This document shows, piece after piece, positions 1-8,584 of a stretch of 64,000 nucleotides of DNA (positions within the stretch are counted from its first letter, which is position 1; every line of letters starts with the position of its first letter). This DNA comes from a virus, in the IMG/VR virus record IMGVR_UViG_3300044712_002679, positions 180,406-244,405 of that record; one strand, written 5' to 3'. Under the pieces are notes generated by a model that searched no databases, was not told where the DNA came from, and worked only from the letters and a program-made list of their open reading frames with translations. The position numbers and the translations under genes were made by a program.

Positions 1-156
1 GATAATATATCAACTTTAGATCATGAATATTATGTTTTAAATAAAAAATATTTAAATATAATAACCGATGATAATATTGAAAAATATGCAGAATGGATAG
101 AAGCAAATAAATTAACTGATGAATATTTTTTATTGGAAAACGTGGTTGATGATTAA
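1..156 (+). CDS. 3' end of an upstream ORF (partial). It probably encodes the C-terminal end of a split-intein N-fragment fused to the N-extein of GMP reductase/IMPDH
   Basis: Frame-1 ORF runs from the window edge to TAA at 154-156. Its tail ...[12 protein letters not shown] resembles the end of DnaE-type split N-inteins. It lies immediately upstream of the endonuclease and C-intein genes. Confidence 0.35.
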   Translation, partial: DNISTLDHEYYVLNKKYLNIITDDNIEKYAEWIEANKLTDEYFLLENVVDD

Positions 157-204
157 CGAAAAAAAATGAGTTAAACATATTTATATATACAATAAAAAAT
201 AAAT

Positions 205-1230
205 ATGTTAAAAAATAAATTTTTAAAAACAAAAGAATGTGAAATATGTGGAAAAAATTTTAATGGTATTAGTGAAAATTCTGATTATAGGTTATTTTTA
301 AGTCACTTAAAAAATGAACACAATATATCATATGAAGATTATTATACTAAATATTATTTGAATGGTATTAAGCCGAAATGCGAATGTGGGTGTGGTAACG
401 TTACAAAATATTATAAAGGTGAATTTAATAAATATTATGGTGATCATAAAAATAAAACTTTACCAAAAAATAGTTCTATTAATAAAATAAAAGAAAAATT
501 AAAAATTGTAAATAATTTAGAAAATAGATTAATAAAATTAAATTTAACAATTAATGATATCGAAGATGCTTGGGATGATTTTATAAATTTAAATAAATCT
601 ATGTCAATGATTTCAAAAGATTTATCTATTGATTTTAGAACACTTAAAAGTTATTGGTTTGAATTGAAATTAATAGATAATAAAGAAGTTTTTAAGAGAT
701 TTACGTTAAAATCAAAAACAAAATGGTTAAATAAAATAGTTGAACCAAATGATGATAAAAAAGAATATTTAAAAAGTTTAATTCCAAATATTCATAAATA
801 TTTGGAAAATAGAAATAATGTTACAATTGATGAATTAGTTAAGTTTTTTAAATTAGATATTAATAAAAATTATTTTTGTTTATTTTTAGATGATCAATTA
901 AATAATAATGAAATATCAAAAATTAAATTTTTCAAATCATCAAATATTGAAATAGAATTTTTTAATGTTTTGCGGTTTTATTTTGGAAATAGTATAATAC
1001 ATAGTTTTGAATTAGAACATAAAATATTTGACTTTAAATTAGGTAAAAAAATTTTAATAGAATTAGATGGAGAATATTGGCATAATTTTGAACAGTCAAA
1101 GATAAATGATAAATTAAAAAATGAAATCGCTTTAAAAAATGGATATGTATTAATACGTATTAGTGATAAAAATATAAATGATTTAGATAATTTAATAAAA
1201 ATAAAAAAATTATATGACAAATTTAAGTAA
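205..1230 (+). CDS. Free-standing homing-endonuclease-like protein: N-terminal Zn-finger-like Cys/His clusters and a C-terminal Vsr/DUF559-like PD-(D/E)xK nuclease domain
   Basis: 341-aa ORF. C-terminal block ILIELDGEYWHNFEQSKINDKLKNEIALKNGYVLIRISD matches the E-DG-WH..R pattern of Vsr-like endonuclease domains. It sits between the two halves of a split intein. Confidence 0.6.
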   Translation: MLKNKFLKTKECEICGKNFNGISENSDYRLFLSHLKNEHNISYEDYYTKYYLNGIKPKCECGCGNVTKYYKGEFNKYYGDHKNKTLPKNSSINKIKEKLKIVNNLENRLIKLNLTINDIEDAWDDFINLNKSMSMISKDLSIDFRTLKSYWFELKLIDNKEVFKRFTLKSKTKWLNKIVEPNDDKKEYLKSLIPNIHKYLENRNNVTIDELVKFFKLDINKNYFCLFLDDQLNNNEISKIKFFKSSNIEIEFFNVLRFYFGNSIIHSFELEHKIFDFKLGKKILIELDGEYWHNFEQSKINDKLKNEIALKNGYVLIRISDKNINDLDNLIKIKKLYDKFK

Positions 1231-1348
1231 ATATAAACTTGTTGAAATAAAAACGAAAAAAATCGTAAATGATAAAATTCATAAAGTATATGATTTATCA
1301 GTTGAAGATAATCAGAGTTATACAGCAAATAAAATAATTGTTCATAAT
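1214..1348 (+). other. Split-intein C-terminal fragment (IntC, 45 aa) with its own Met start
   Basis: MTNLSKYKLVEIKTKKIVNDKIHKVYDLSVEDNQSYTANKIIVHN, followed by Cys+1. It is closely patterned on DnaE IntC (VYDIGVE.DHNF..NG.IASN), with the terminal HN and a downstream Cys nucleophile. Confidence 0.7.
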
Positions 1349-1924
1349 TGTCTTACATCAAAAAATGTTGGTGTTGGATATCCAATGGCATCATTAATTA
1401 AAGAATGTTATGATATTAGTTGCACATTAGATAAACCAGCAAAGATTGTTGCTGATGGTGGAATGAAAAATTATTCGGATATCATTAAAGCATTGGGTCT
1501 TGGGGCAGATTATTGCATGGTCGGTTCAATTTTTAATCGAGCATTAGAAAGTGCAGGTGAAACATATAAAGCAAATGTTAAACACGTGGGTGTTGAAACT
1601 TGGACTGAACCAGGTGAACCAGTTGATCAATTTTCTGACGATGTGAAAAATGCATTTTTAAATGGTGCTAAATATTTCAAAAAATTTAGGGGTATGAGCA
1701 CAAAAAGTGTTCAAAAATTGCTTGGGAATAAGGTTTTAACGACTTCAGAAGGTGTTACACGTATGAACCAAGTAGAATATACCCTTGAAGGTTGGACTGA
1801 AAATTTTACCCATTATTTGGCTTCTGCAATGTCATATTCAGGTGCTAAAACATTAGATGATTTTATTGGTAAAGCTGATTTTGTTAAAATAACACAGAAC
1901 AGTTTTAATAGATTTAATAAGTAA
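1214..1924 (+). CDS. C-intein plus C-extein of a GMP reductase / IMPDH-family enzyme (C-terminal half of a fractured gene)
   Basis: After VHN|C the extein reads CLTSKNVGVGYP...IVADGG...GADYCMVGS...FRGMSTKS.... This matches the GuaC/IMPDH catalytic-Cys segment (GSxCTTR..GVGYPQ..DGG..GAD.VMLG..YGMSS). Confidence 0.7.
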   Translation: MTNLSKYKLVEIKTKKIVNDKIHKVYDLSVEDNQSYTANKIIVHNCLTSKNVGVGYPMASLIKECYDISCTLDKPAKIVADGGMKNYSDIIKALGLGADYCMVGSIFNRALESAGETYKANVKHVGVETWTEPGEPVDQFSDDVKNAFLNGAKYFKKFRGMSTKSVQKLLGNKVLTTSEGVTRMNQVEYTLEGWTENFTHYLASAMSYSGAKTLDDFIGKADFVKITQNSFNRFNK

Positions 1925-2069
1925 TTGAAATGGATAAATATAATTATATTCCCGATTGGATGATATACACTGATTCAGAAAACGATTCAGAAAAAGAATC
2001 CGACAAAGAATCTGACACAAACCTAAATATGGATGAATATACTATAACTTTTGATTCATATTATTTTTA

Positions 2070-2897
2070 ATGAAAGATTTTTATAATTCATATTTTAGTA
2101 ATGATTGTATATCAGAAATATCTATTGTTAATAATGGTAAAACTATTATATCTAGAGAATTATTTTATGTAGAATTTTCTGATTTTGCTAAAAATACACT
2201 AAATTGTAAAAATGGCTTTTTTGTTGATAATAATAATTATCTAGAAAATATTTATAATAAAACTATTCGATCATCTAATAAAGAAAAAATATTTCTAGAT
2301 AATTCAGATAATAATATTGTGAATATACAATATACTAAAAATTATTATTGTTACATTAAAGTACTTAATGATTATATTAATCCACAATTAAATGGTAAAT
2401 TATTAATTTTTAAATTTGGTTTTTCTATATTACAAAAATTTTTAGAATATTACAATAATATTACGAATATTACAAATATTAATGTAACAGATTTATATTT
2501 TAAACATTCTTTTATTATTAGTAAGTTGCCTACACCACAAAATAGTCTACCTACACCACAAAATAGTCAATATAAAATAATTAAATGTGATTTTACAAAC
2601 AATGAAATTAATTTATATGATGAAAAATTAAATTTAGATAATGTAATATCATTTCCAAAAATTAATATAAATTCTTTAATGCGAAGATATAAATTATCCC
2701 ACCTTAAAGAAATATCAATTGGTAATATAATAATTGAATTAATAAATGATGGTTGGGATATAAATCTAATCAATAAAGATGAAAAAAAAACTTGGATTGC
2801 AAAAAAAGATAATATAAATCTTACTTGTAATGTCGAATTTGATAAACCTGTCGATTGTATACAAAATATGTACGAAACAATTATAAAAAATGAATAA
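2070..2897 (+). CDS. Hypothetical protein with a tandem LPTPQNS duplication
   Basis: 275-aa ORF. In-frame 21-nt tandem repeat at 2523-2564. Confidence 0.5.
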   Translation: MKDFYNSYFSNDCISEISIVNNGKTIISRELFYVEFSDFAKNTLNCKNGFFVDNNNYLENIYNKTIRSSNKEKIFLDNSDNNIVNIQYTKNYYCYIKVLNDYINPQLNGKLLIFKFGFSILQKFLEYYNNITNITNINVTDLYFKHSFIISKLPTPQNSLPTPQNSQYKIIKCDFTNNEINLYDEKLNLDNVISFPKININSLMRRYKLSHLKEISIGNIIIELINDGWDINLINKDEKKTWIAKKDNINLTCNVEFDKPVDCIQNMYETIIKNE

Positions 2898-2949
2898 AAA
2901 ATGAATAAAAAATGAATATATTTGAAATAGGAAATAAAATAACAATAAA

Positions 2950-3366
2950 ATGAGTATACAAGAAACAATAAAAAATGACTTAGTGGTAGCCATGAAGTCT
3001 AAAAATGTAGAAACAACATCTTTATTGAGAGTTGTTTTAGGTGAATTCAGTACTGTAGCTAGTCGAATGCCAAATAATTCTGAAAAAGTATTATCTGATG
3101 ATTTAGCACTTAAAGAAATCCGAAGAATGTATGAAAATGCGAAAATGATGCAAAACCAATTCGAAATTGATACATTAGATAAATATCTTCCTAAAATGCT
3201 TTCCGAAGACCAAATCAAAAATATTATAGTAACTATAATATCTGAAAAAAATATTTCAGGTATACAAAATATGGGTAAAGTTATGGGTGAAATTAAACTT
3301 CTTCCTACTGCTAGTATGATAGATAACAAAATCGCCAGTAATATAGTTAAAGAACTATTAAAATGA
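2950..3366 (+). CDS. GatB/YqeY-domain protein
   Basis: MSIQETIKNDLVVAMKSKNVETTSLLRVVLGEF... resembles the YqeY/GatB C-terminal domain N-terminus (MSLKEQIKEDMKTAMKAKD..L..IR). Confidence 0.5.
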   Translation: MSIQETIKNDLVVAMKSKNVETTSLLRVVLGEFSTVASRMPNNSEKVLSDDLALKEIRRMYENAKMMQNQFEIDTLDKYLPKMLSEDQIKNIIVTIISEKNISGIQNMGKVMGEIKLLPTASMIDNKIASNIVKELLK

Positions 3367-3605
3367 AACCAAACCCTAAATTTAAAAAAGGTGATAGATG
3401 TGTTTTTGTTTATCCTGTGGGTAAAGGTAAAAATAAAAAATGGGAAGTTTTAGATGATAATATGATTATAAATAGTGAACCATTTTGGTATGAAAGGGAT
3501 TGGTATTATAATATAGTCGGAAAAGCAAATCCATGTAATGATGCGTATTTAATTTTATATACAGATTTAAAAAATGACATACTTAACTGCTTGGAGAAAA
3601 GGTGA
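3363..3605 (+). CDS. Hypothetical protein
   Basis: 80-aa ORF. ATGA start/stop overlap with the upstream gene. Confidence 0.4.
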   Translation: MKPNPKFKKGDRCVFVYPVGKGKNKKWEVLDDNMIINSEPFWYERDWYYNIVGKANPCNDAYLILYTDLKNDILNCLEKR

Positions 3606-3825
3606 TTTAGTTAGATTACCAAATGGTGATGAGTTTCGATTAACTTCTGATGGTTATGAAAAACGACCATATCCGTATTGCCAAACCTTTGAGTCGTGGG
3701 AGTTGACCCTCAAATGGGCATTGAACCTGTTCATTACAAAGATGGTAGGTTTTACATTGATGGGCCAACATGGACAGAACAACGTGTGGAATATTAAAAA
3801 CAGGAATAGTGCTAGAGACAAATAA
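3574..3825 (+). CDS. Hypothetical protein
   Basis: 83-aa ORF overlapping the previous gene by 32 nt. Confidence 0.3.
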   Translation: MTYLTAWRKGDLVRLPNGDEFRLTSDGYEKRPYPYCQTFESWELTLKWALNLFITKMVGFTLMGQHGQNNVWNIKNRNSARDK

Positions 3826-3895
3826 ATCATCGTTATGAAATGACACCAGGTAAACAAAAAGAATTTTAGGGTGGATTTTTTATATATAAAAGAAA

Positions 3896-4369
3896 ATGAT
3901 GAAAGATTTGAAAAAGTTTATAGCAACTACTATACGAGAGTATTTGAATGAAAGTATTAATAATATTTTACAAAATTCATTAAAAATTATAGGTGATAAA
4001 TATTCAAAAGAACATAATAAAACACCACAAGAATTAAATAGTGGAGATTGTGAAGATATTGCTTATGATGTTATTGAAAATATTGGTGGTGAAACATCTA
4101 ATACATACATTATAGATGATGGATGGTTTTGGAATATTGACATAAAAAGTAAATATAAAACAGAAAGTGGTGAGTATTGGAATGTGAAAAATTTAAAAAA
4201 ATATGGAGAACCACCATTTGGTTATGACAAGTTAAATAAATTAGATTTAAAAGGTCATGTTTGGATATTTTCAAAAGGAAAACATTATGATGTTGAAACA
4301 TTACAAGGTGTTGATAATTTTTGGTATTTACCAATATACCAAAGACAACTTGCCAACTTGATAATTTAA
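3896..4369 (+). CDS. Hypothetical protein with a CTS-like N-terminus (MKDLKKFIATTIRE)
   Basis: 157-aa ORF. Confidence 0.5.
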   Translation: MMKDLKKFIATTIREYLNESINNILQNSLKIIGDKYSKEHNKTPQELNSGDCEDIAYDVIENIGGETSNTYIIDDGWFWNIDIKSKYKTESGEYWNVKNLKKYGEPPFGYDKLNKLDLKGHVWIFSKGKHYDVETLQGVDNFWYLPIYQRQLANLII

Positions 4370-4380
4370 TATCTTTGTGC
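4362..4380 (+). promoter_or_regulatory. Candidate promoter -7 box TATCTTTG upstream of the 4484 gene
   Basis: aatatctttgtgcg matches TAnnTTTG. Confidence 0.3.
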
Positions 4381-4483
4381 GTTGGGTAAATTCTTTTTGT
4401 TTTTCAATACAAAACACAAATCGAAGAACTGATACTGATAAATACGGTCACCCAATATTAGCAATATTTAAATTTAAATAATA

Positions 4484-4987
4484 ATGAAAAAAACATATCA
4501 AACAATAATAGAAAAAGGTAATGGTAATTGTATGCAAGCCGCATTAGCATCATTATTTAATCTTGAATTAACTGATGTACCACATTTTCTTAGTTATGGT
4601 GAAGATTGTTTTAAAGTGTGGCACGATTTTATAAAAAATCATGGGTATGAACAAACTGGTGTATTATTTAATAAAAACTATAATAGATTATTAGCACCAA
4701 CTGCGTGTTGTTTTAAAAAAGAAGCTTGGTATAGACCTGGACTATTAAGTATAACAAATCTTAAAAAACATGGTGGTGTTGATGGTTTCTTTTATGCAAG
4801 TGTATATTCACCAAAATATTTTAACTATAAAGATGGTTTTATGAATACACACGCTGTTATTGTTGATATTAATTGTAATGTTGTTCATGATCCAAATCCT
4901 GAATATGAAAAAATAATAAAATACCCATTAGCAGACTTACTCAAATTTAATGGTATTCTTGATGTAACATTAATAAAAAAATTGTAA
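4484..4987 (+). CDS. Hypothetical protein, possibly a papain-like Cys peptidase. Its N-terminus MKKTYQTIIEKG is T4-CTS-like
   Basis: 167-aa ORF. GNCMQAALASLF Cys and a downstream NTHAVIVD His give a Cys...His arrangement. Weak evidence. Confidence 0.4.
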   Translation: MKKTYQTIIEKGNGNCMQAALASLFNLELTDVPHFLSYGEDCFKVWHDFIKNHGYEQTGVLFNKNYNRLLAPTACCFKKEAWYRPGLLSITNLKKHGGVDGFFYASVYSPKYFNYKDGFMNTHAVIVDINCNVVHDPNPEYEKIIKYPLADLLKFNGILDVTLIKKL

Positions 4988-5134
4988 ATATGTCTAAATG
5001 TGTAAATGAAAAATGTATCGGAAATGATACGTTTTTTAATAATTGGTTGAAAATATAAAAAATTAAATAATTAAATTTAAACACATTACAAAAAAAAACT
5101 TTATTTTTTTAAAAAACGTGTAAAAAAGTTTTTT

Positions 5135-5166
5135 TAATCAAAATAAAGTTTTTATATTTGCATCAT
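5135..5166 (+). promoter_or_regulatory. Candidate promoter, copy 1 of a repeated upstream element carrying a TAnnTTTG -7 box
   Basis: caaaataaagtttttatatttgcatc is repeated at 5371-5400. TATATTTG matches the Bacteroidetes -7 consensus. It lies about 17 nt before the ATG at 5181. Confidence 0.4.
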
Positions 5167-5180
5167 AATTAATCAGAATA

Positions 5181-5348
5181 ATGGAAAATATAAATAATGT
5201 ATTGACAGAATTGCAAGAAAGACAAAATGATTTTGAAAACCCAAGTTCATATCAAGAATCAGAATGGTATGTGAAATGTAGGGCAAAAGCAGAAGCATTT
5301 GAAGAAGCAATTAACATTGTGAAAAGACATTTTTCAATAAAAGATTAA
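5181..5348 (+). CDS. Small hypothetical protein (56 aa)
   Basis: ATG at 5181 and TAA at 5346-5348. Flanked by repeated promoter-like elements. Confidence 0.25.
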   Translation: MENINNVLTELQERQNDFENPSSYQESEWYVKCRAKAEAFEEAINIVKRHFSIKD

Positions 5349-5370
5349 AAAAAGTGCAAAAAAATTTTTT

Positions 5371-5400
5371 TATTCAAAATAAAGTTTTATATTTGCATCG
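5371..5400 (+). promoter_or_regulatory. Candidate promoter, copy 2 of the repeated element
   Basis: ttcaaaataaagttttatatttgcatcg, about 17 nt before the ATG at 5418. Confidence 0.4.
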
Positions 5401-5417
5401 AAATTAAAACAACAAAA

Positions 5418-5615
5418 ATGAAAACAATAACAATTTGGTTTATGATAATTGCTCTTAAAAAAGCAATCGAAACAAAAGAAAAAGAAACAAATTCTATCTT
5501 AATTAGTGCTTATGAAATATTGATTAAAAATTATAGTGATACAATTATGTTGCTTAAAGCAGAAAGAACAGCTAAAATAGGAAAAATAAAAAATAAACTT
5601 TTTAAAACAAAATAA
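5418..5615 (+). CDS. Small hypothetical protein
   Basis: 65-aa ORF. Confidence 0.3.
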   Translation: MKTITIWFMIIALKKAIETKEKETNSILISAYEILIKNYSDTIMLLKAERTAKIGKIKNKLFKTK

Positions 5616-5760
5616 CTAAAAGAAAATAAATATTTAATTGGTGGTGTAGGGTTAGATTCAAACTCTAAACAATTAAATATTTATTTTAAAAATGGAAAAA
5701 AATGAGTTTTTTATTAAAATATATAATAAAAAATAAACTTTTTAAAACAAAATAACTAGA
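5583..5760. repeat. 33-bp direct repeat (ataaaaaataaactttttaaaacaaaataacta) at 5583-5618 and 5728-5760
   Basis: Identical copies about 145 bp apart. Confidence 0.5.
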
Positions 5761-5942
5761 AATAACAGAAACAAAAATTAATTATTAAAAAAGCAAACAG
5801 AGATGAACCGAAATTATATATATAACGAATGTAACGAAGATATGAATGAAGAAATTTATATCATTGATGATAATTCGATTCAATTTGACTGTGGATGTGG
5901 ATGTATGATATTAGGCTAAATAAAAAAGCAAAATAAAAACAG

Positions 5943-5976
5943 AAAACCCAGTCAACAAAAAAGGCTGGGTTTTTTA
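5943..5976. terminator. Rho-independent terminator-like hairpin
   Basis: aaaacccagtcaacaaaaaaggctgggtttttt. Confidence 0.5.
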
Positions 5977-5979
5977 ATT

Positions 5980-6198
5980 ATGAAAAAAGAAGAAGAAAAA
6001 GAAGTTGTAGAATTAATAGATAAACAAGAAAATTACGAACAACTAAAAAAACAATCAGAATTAACTGAAAAATTTATAAGGTTAGCTGATAATTTGAAAA
6101 TTGATGATAAAGAAATTCCAAAAACTGAAAAAGGTTTGACAACAAAAGCAAAAGAGTTATTGGAAAAAGTTCAAAAAAAGATTGAAAAAGAAATTTAA
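5980..6198 (+). CDS. Small Lys/Glu-rich hypothetical protein
   Basis: 72-aa ORF. Confidence 0.35.
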   Translation: MKKEEEKEVVELIDKQENYEQLKKQSELTEKFIRLADNLKIDDKEIPKTEKGLTTKAKELLEKVQKKIEKEI

Positions 6199-6204
6199 AG
6201 ATAT

Positions 6205-6294
6205 TGCGGTGTGGAGAAGTTGGTCATCTCACCTGTCTCATAAGCACGGAGTCCCTAATAAGGTTTAACACAGGTTCAAATCCTGTCGCCGCTA
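6205..6294 (+). pseudogene. Diverged copy of the initiator tRNA gene (anticodon loop CTCATAA) with a broken anticodon stem and about a 21-nt insertion
   Basis: Shares TGCGG.G...CGCCGCTACA ends and the D-arm GAGAAGTTGGTCATCTC with the adjacent tRNA-fMet. T-arm ACAGGTTCAAATCCTGT. The 3' strand of the anticodon stem does not pair. Confidence 0.3.
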
Positions 6295-6308
6295 CAAATA
6301 TCAAACAT

Positions 6309-6381
<73 letters not shown>

Positions 6382-6514
6382 CAAAAATAAATAAAAGTAA
6401 AACGATGAAAAATTGTATGAACATATGTAATTATTGCAACATTAATATTATTAATGATGATGAACGTATGGATTATAGTTTACATTGGATTGGATAAATT
6501 ATACTTAGATGAGT

Positions 6515-6550
6515 AAAAAAGCCAATCCTTAAACAAGATTGGCTTTTTTT
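6515..6550. terminator. Rho-independent terminator-like hairpin
   Basis: aaaaaagccaatccttaaacaagattggcttttttt. Confidence 0.55.
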
Positions 6551-6597
6551 ATTAAAATTGTTCTTTGACATATTGGGAAATAAAATAAAATGATGTA

Positions 6598-6660
6598 ATT
6601 AATCGTCCGATTATCGGATGATTGTTCAAAAAATCGGATGATTTTCGGGCGATTAATTAA
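6598..6660. repeat. Long inverted repeat (taattaatcgtccga ... tcgggcgattaattaa) enclosing direct repeats of atcggatgatt
   Basis: A 14-15-bp stem with one mismatch. Located between tRNA genes. Confidence 0.4.
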
Positions 6661-6662
6661 AT

Positions 6663-6748
6663 GTTGCGGTATGCAAATGGCCTAAGCGAACAGACTTTCA
6701 TTCTGTACTTCTGAAAAGAAGTTGCGGGTTCGACTCCCGTCCGCAATA
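6663..6748 (+). tRNA. Type-II (long variable arm) tRNA with anticodon UUC (Glu), which is non-canonical. Discriminator A73
   Basis: Acceptor GTTGCGG/CCGCAAT, 3-bp D-stem, anticodon stem ACAGA/TCTGT with loop CTTTCAT, variable hairpin ACTTC-TGAAAA-GAAGT, T-arm GCGGGTTCGACTCCCGT. Confidence 0.5.
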
Positions 6749-6756
6749 CTTTTTTA

Positions 6757-6830
6757 TGCTGCTTTCGTATAATTGGAATAGTACCTCAGACCTCAATCTG
6801 GAAAATACGGGTTCGAGTCCCGCAGGCAGT
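6757..6830 (+). tRNA. tRNA-like sequence with a good T-arm. The acceptor and anticodon could not be resolved
   Basis: T-arm CGGGTTCGAGTCCCG at 6806-6822. Confidence 0.2.
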
Positions 6831-6836
6831 ACATTT

Positions 6837-6908
6837 GGCGCATTCGTCTAACGGTTAGGACGTTTGGTTTTCAACCAAAAAATGGGATTTCGATTATCCC
6901 ATGCGCTA
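6837..6908 (+). tRNA. tRNA-Glu (TTC)
   Basis: Acceptor GGCGCAT/ATGCGCT, D-arm GTCTAACGGTTAGGAC, anticodon stem TTTGG/CCAAA with loop TTTTCAA, T-arm GGGATTTCGATTATCCC. Confidence 0.8.
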
Positions 6909-6984
6909 CTAATGAATAAAGAAAACATTCAGCAAACAAAAATTGACTGCAAATCAAACAAAACCGTTTTCTGTTTCATATTTT

Positions 6985-7068
6985 GGTCTCGGGGGCTGCT
7001 TGGTGTGGCCGCCTGCCTGTCACGCAGGAACCGTAAGGATCAGGAGGGTTCGAATCCCTTCGGGACCG
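6985..7068 (+). tRNA. tRNA-Asp (GTC) with an unusual 15-nt variable region
   Basis: Acceptor GGTCTCG/CGGGACC, anticodon stem CCTGC/GCAGG with loop CTGTCAC, insert AACCGTAAGGATCAG before the T-arm GAGGGTTCGAATCCCTT. Confidence 0.55.
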
Positions 7069-7079
7069 CATTTAAATTG

Positions 7080-7170
7080 GGGTGCGTTGCTTCATGGGGT
7101 CTGTAAAACCCTTCTGCGTTAACAAAATAGAAGCTGGTGGCAGTTTTGAGGTTCAATTCCTTCGTATCCC
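7080..7170 (+). tRNA. D-arm-less tRNA-like gene with a Tyr-type anticodon hairpin (GTA)
   Basis: Acceptor GGGTGCG/CGTATCC, a 9-nt linker, hairpin GGGGT-CTGTAAA-ACCCT, a 35-nt region with a D-loop-like GCTGGTGGC, T-arm GAGGTTCAATTCCTT. Confidence 0.35.
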
Positions 7171-7192
7171 ACAAATTGAACGCAAATTATAT

Positions 7193-7265
7193 GGTGAAGA
7201 AGCTAGTATGGTACAGCTACGGTCTGTTAAACCGAGGATAGTGGGATCGTTACCCACCTTCACCG
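7193..7265 (+). tRNA. tRNA-Asn (GTT)
   Basis: Perfect acceptor GGTGAAG/CTTCACC, D-arm GCTAGTATGGTACAGC, anticodon loop CTGTTAA, T-arm GTGGGATCGTTACCCAC. Confidence 0.75.
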
Positions 7266-7322
7266 CAATATACTGTACTTCGAGAAGAAGGTAATGATAA
7301 GAATCATTCAGTACTATTTTTT

Positions 7323-7398
7323 GGTGCGTTGAGCGTACATGAGTACGAACCTGGCTGTCACCCAGGTAAAACTAGGGGTTCGATACCCCTACGCACCG
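7323..7398 (+). tRNA. tRNA-Asp (GTC)
   Basis: Perfect acceptor GGTGCGT/ACGCACC, anticodon stem CCTGG/CCAGG with loop CTGTCAC, T-arm AGGGGTTCGATACCCCT. Confidence 0.75.
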
Positions 7399-7403
7399 CA
7401 AAC

Positions 7404-7485
7404 TGTGGTGTATTCAGCCGATCCTGATAAGATCGAGAACTTGTAATTGGTATTGTAAATGTGGGTTCAAGTCCCACCACCACAA
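7404..7485 (+). tRNA. D-arm-less tRNA-like gene with an Ile-type anticodon hairpin (GAT)
   Basis: Perfect acceptor TGTGGTG/CACCACA, an 8-nt linker, hairpin CGATC-CTGATAA-GATCG, a 25-nt region containing GTAATTGGTAT, T-arm GTGGGTTCAAGTCCCAC. Confidence 0.45.
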
Positions 7486-7650
7486 CATTTAGACAACAAC
7501 GGGGGACTTTAGTTATCTCAATGGTTATCAGCATGAGGTATCTAAAATAGTTTAGTGATATTTTTTCGTAAATATTAAAACCTATTTGAAATCTTATTCG
7601 TATTAATAAACAACTTAGAAAATAAGAAAAATTAAATAAAGCTGATTTAT

Positions 7651-7735
7651 GGAAGTATTGGGCAACTGGTTGCCTAGCGGGCCGTAACCCCGTGATCTTA
7701 CGATATTGGGGGTTCGAATCCCTCTGCTTCCACCA
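7651..7735 (+). tRNA. tRNA with a 13-nt variable region, anticodon probably GTA, CCA encoded
   Basis: Acceptor GGAAGTA/TGCTTCC then ACCA. D-arm GGGCAACTGGTTGCC, anticodon stem GCGGG/CCCGT with loop CCGTAAC (C33 is unusual), T-arm GGGGGTTCGAATCCCTC. Confidence 0.5.
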
Positions 7736-7788
7736 TCGAAAATAACAAAAAATGACTTTATTTATTTAATATATAGAATAAAAACTAA

Positions 7789-8494
7789 TATGAAAAATAA
7801 ATGGTCAAAAAATAACTTATTTGATGTTATTAATACATCAAATAATAAAATTGAAGTTTTAACAAAACTTAAATTAACAATATTTACGGGAAATTATGAT
7901 ACATTAAATAAATACATTAAAAAATATAATATAGATATATCACACTTTAAACGAAATCATAATATAGATAATTTAAATAATTTTAAAAAAATTGATTTAA
8001 AAAATATATTAGTAGAAAATTCAACCTATAGTCGATCTAAATTAAAAGAAAGATTATATAAAGAAGGTTTAAAAGAAAGAAAATGTGAAAAATGTGGGCA
8101 AGATGAAGAATGGAATGGTGATCATATTAGTTTAATTCTAGATCACATCAATGGTATTAATGATGATAATAGAATAGAAAATTTAAGAATACTTTGTCCA
8201 AATTGTAATGCTACATTAGACACACATTGTGGAAAAAATGTTAAAGATAAAAGCAAAACAAATATAACTATCAAAACAAAAAATGACAAATATTGTTTAT
8301 GTGGTAAGAATATAGACAAAAGATCAAAAAAATGCAAATCTTGTAATAACATAGAATTATCTATATTGCAACGTAAAGTTGAAAGACCAACATATGATAC
8401 ATTATTAAAAAATATTGAAGATTTTGGATATTCTGGTACAGGAAGAATATATAATGTAAGTGATAATACAATACGAAAATGGATAAAAAAATAA
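7789..8494 (+). CDS. HNH homing endonuclease, paralogous to 25232-26077
   Basis: CEKCGQDEEWNGDHISLILDHINGINDDNRIENLRILCPNCNATLDTHCGKN is an HNH/Zn motif. The likely start is MKNKWS at 7789, downstream of the tRNA at 7651-7735. It is embedded in the tRNA cluster, like segB in the T4 tRNA region. Confidence 0.7.
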
Positions 8495-8495
8495 A

Positions 8496-8580
8496 GGGGG
8501 TATCGCATAGCGGCAATTGCAATTGACTGTAAATCAATCGTCTTATGGCTTCGTAGGTTCGAGTCCTACTACCCCCACCA
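8496..8580 (+). tRNA. tRNA-Tyr (GTA), bacterial type II with a long variable region, CCA encoded
   Basis: Acceptor GGGGGTA/TACCCCC then ACCA. Anticodon stem ATTGA/TCAAT with loop CTGTAAA, a 14-nt variable region, T-arm GTAGGTTCGAGTCCTAC. Confidence 0.75.
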
Positions 8581-8584
8581 AATT

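Noticed and set aside
2567-3329. Minus-strand ORFs 2567-2968 and 2766-3329, and other antisense ORFs (978-1328, 38483-38707, 40094-40423, 43939-44292, 45448-45869, 50566-50769, 57882-58250, 58471-58824)
   Set aside because: They are antisense to better-supported genes. Their translations are low-complexity F/I/L/Y-rich, typical of AT-rich antisense frames
5641-5700. Possible tRNA from the T-loop-like GGGTTAGATTCAAACTC
   Set aside because: No acceptor stem or anticodon arm could be built around it
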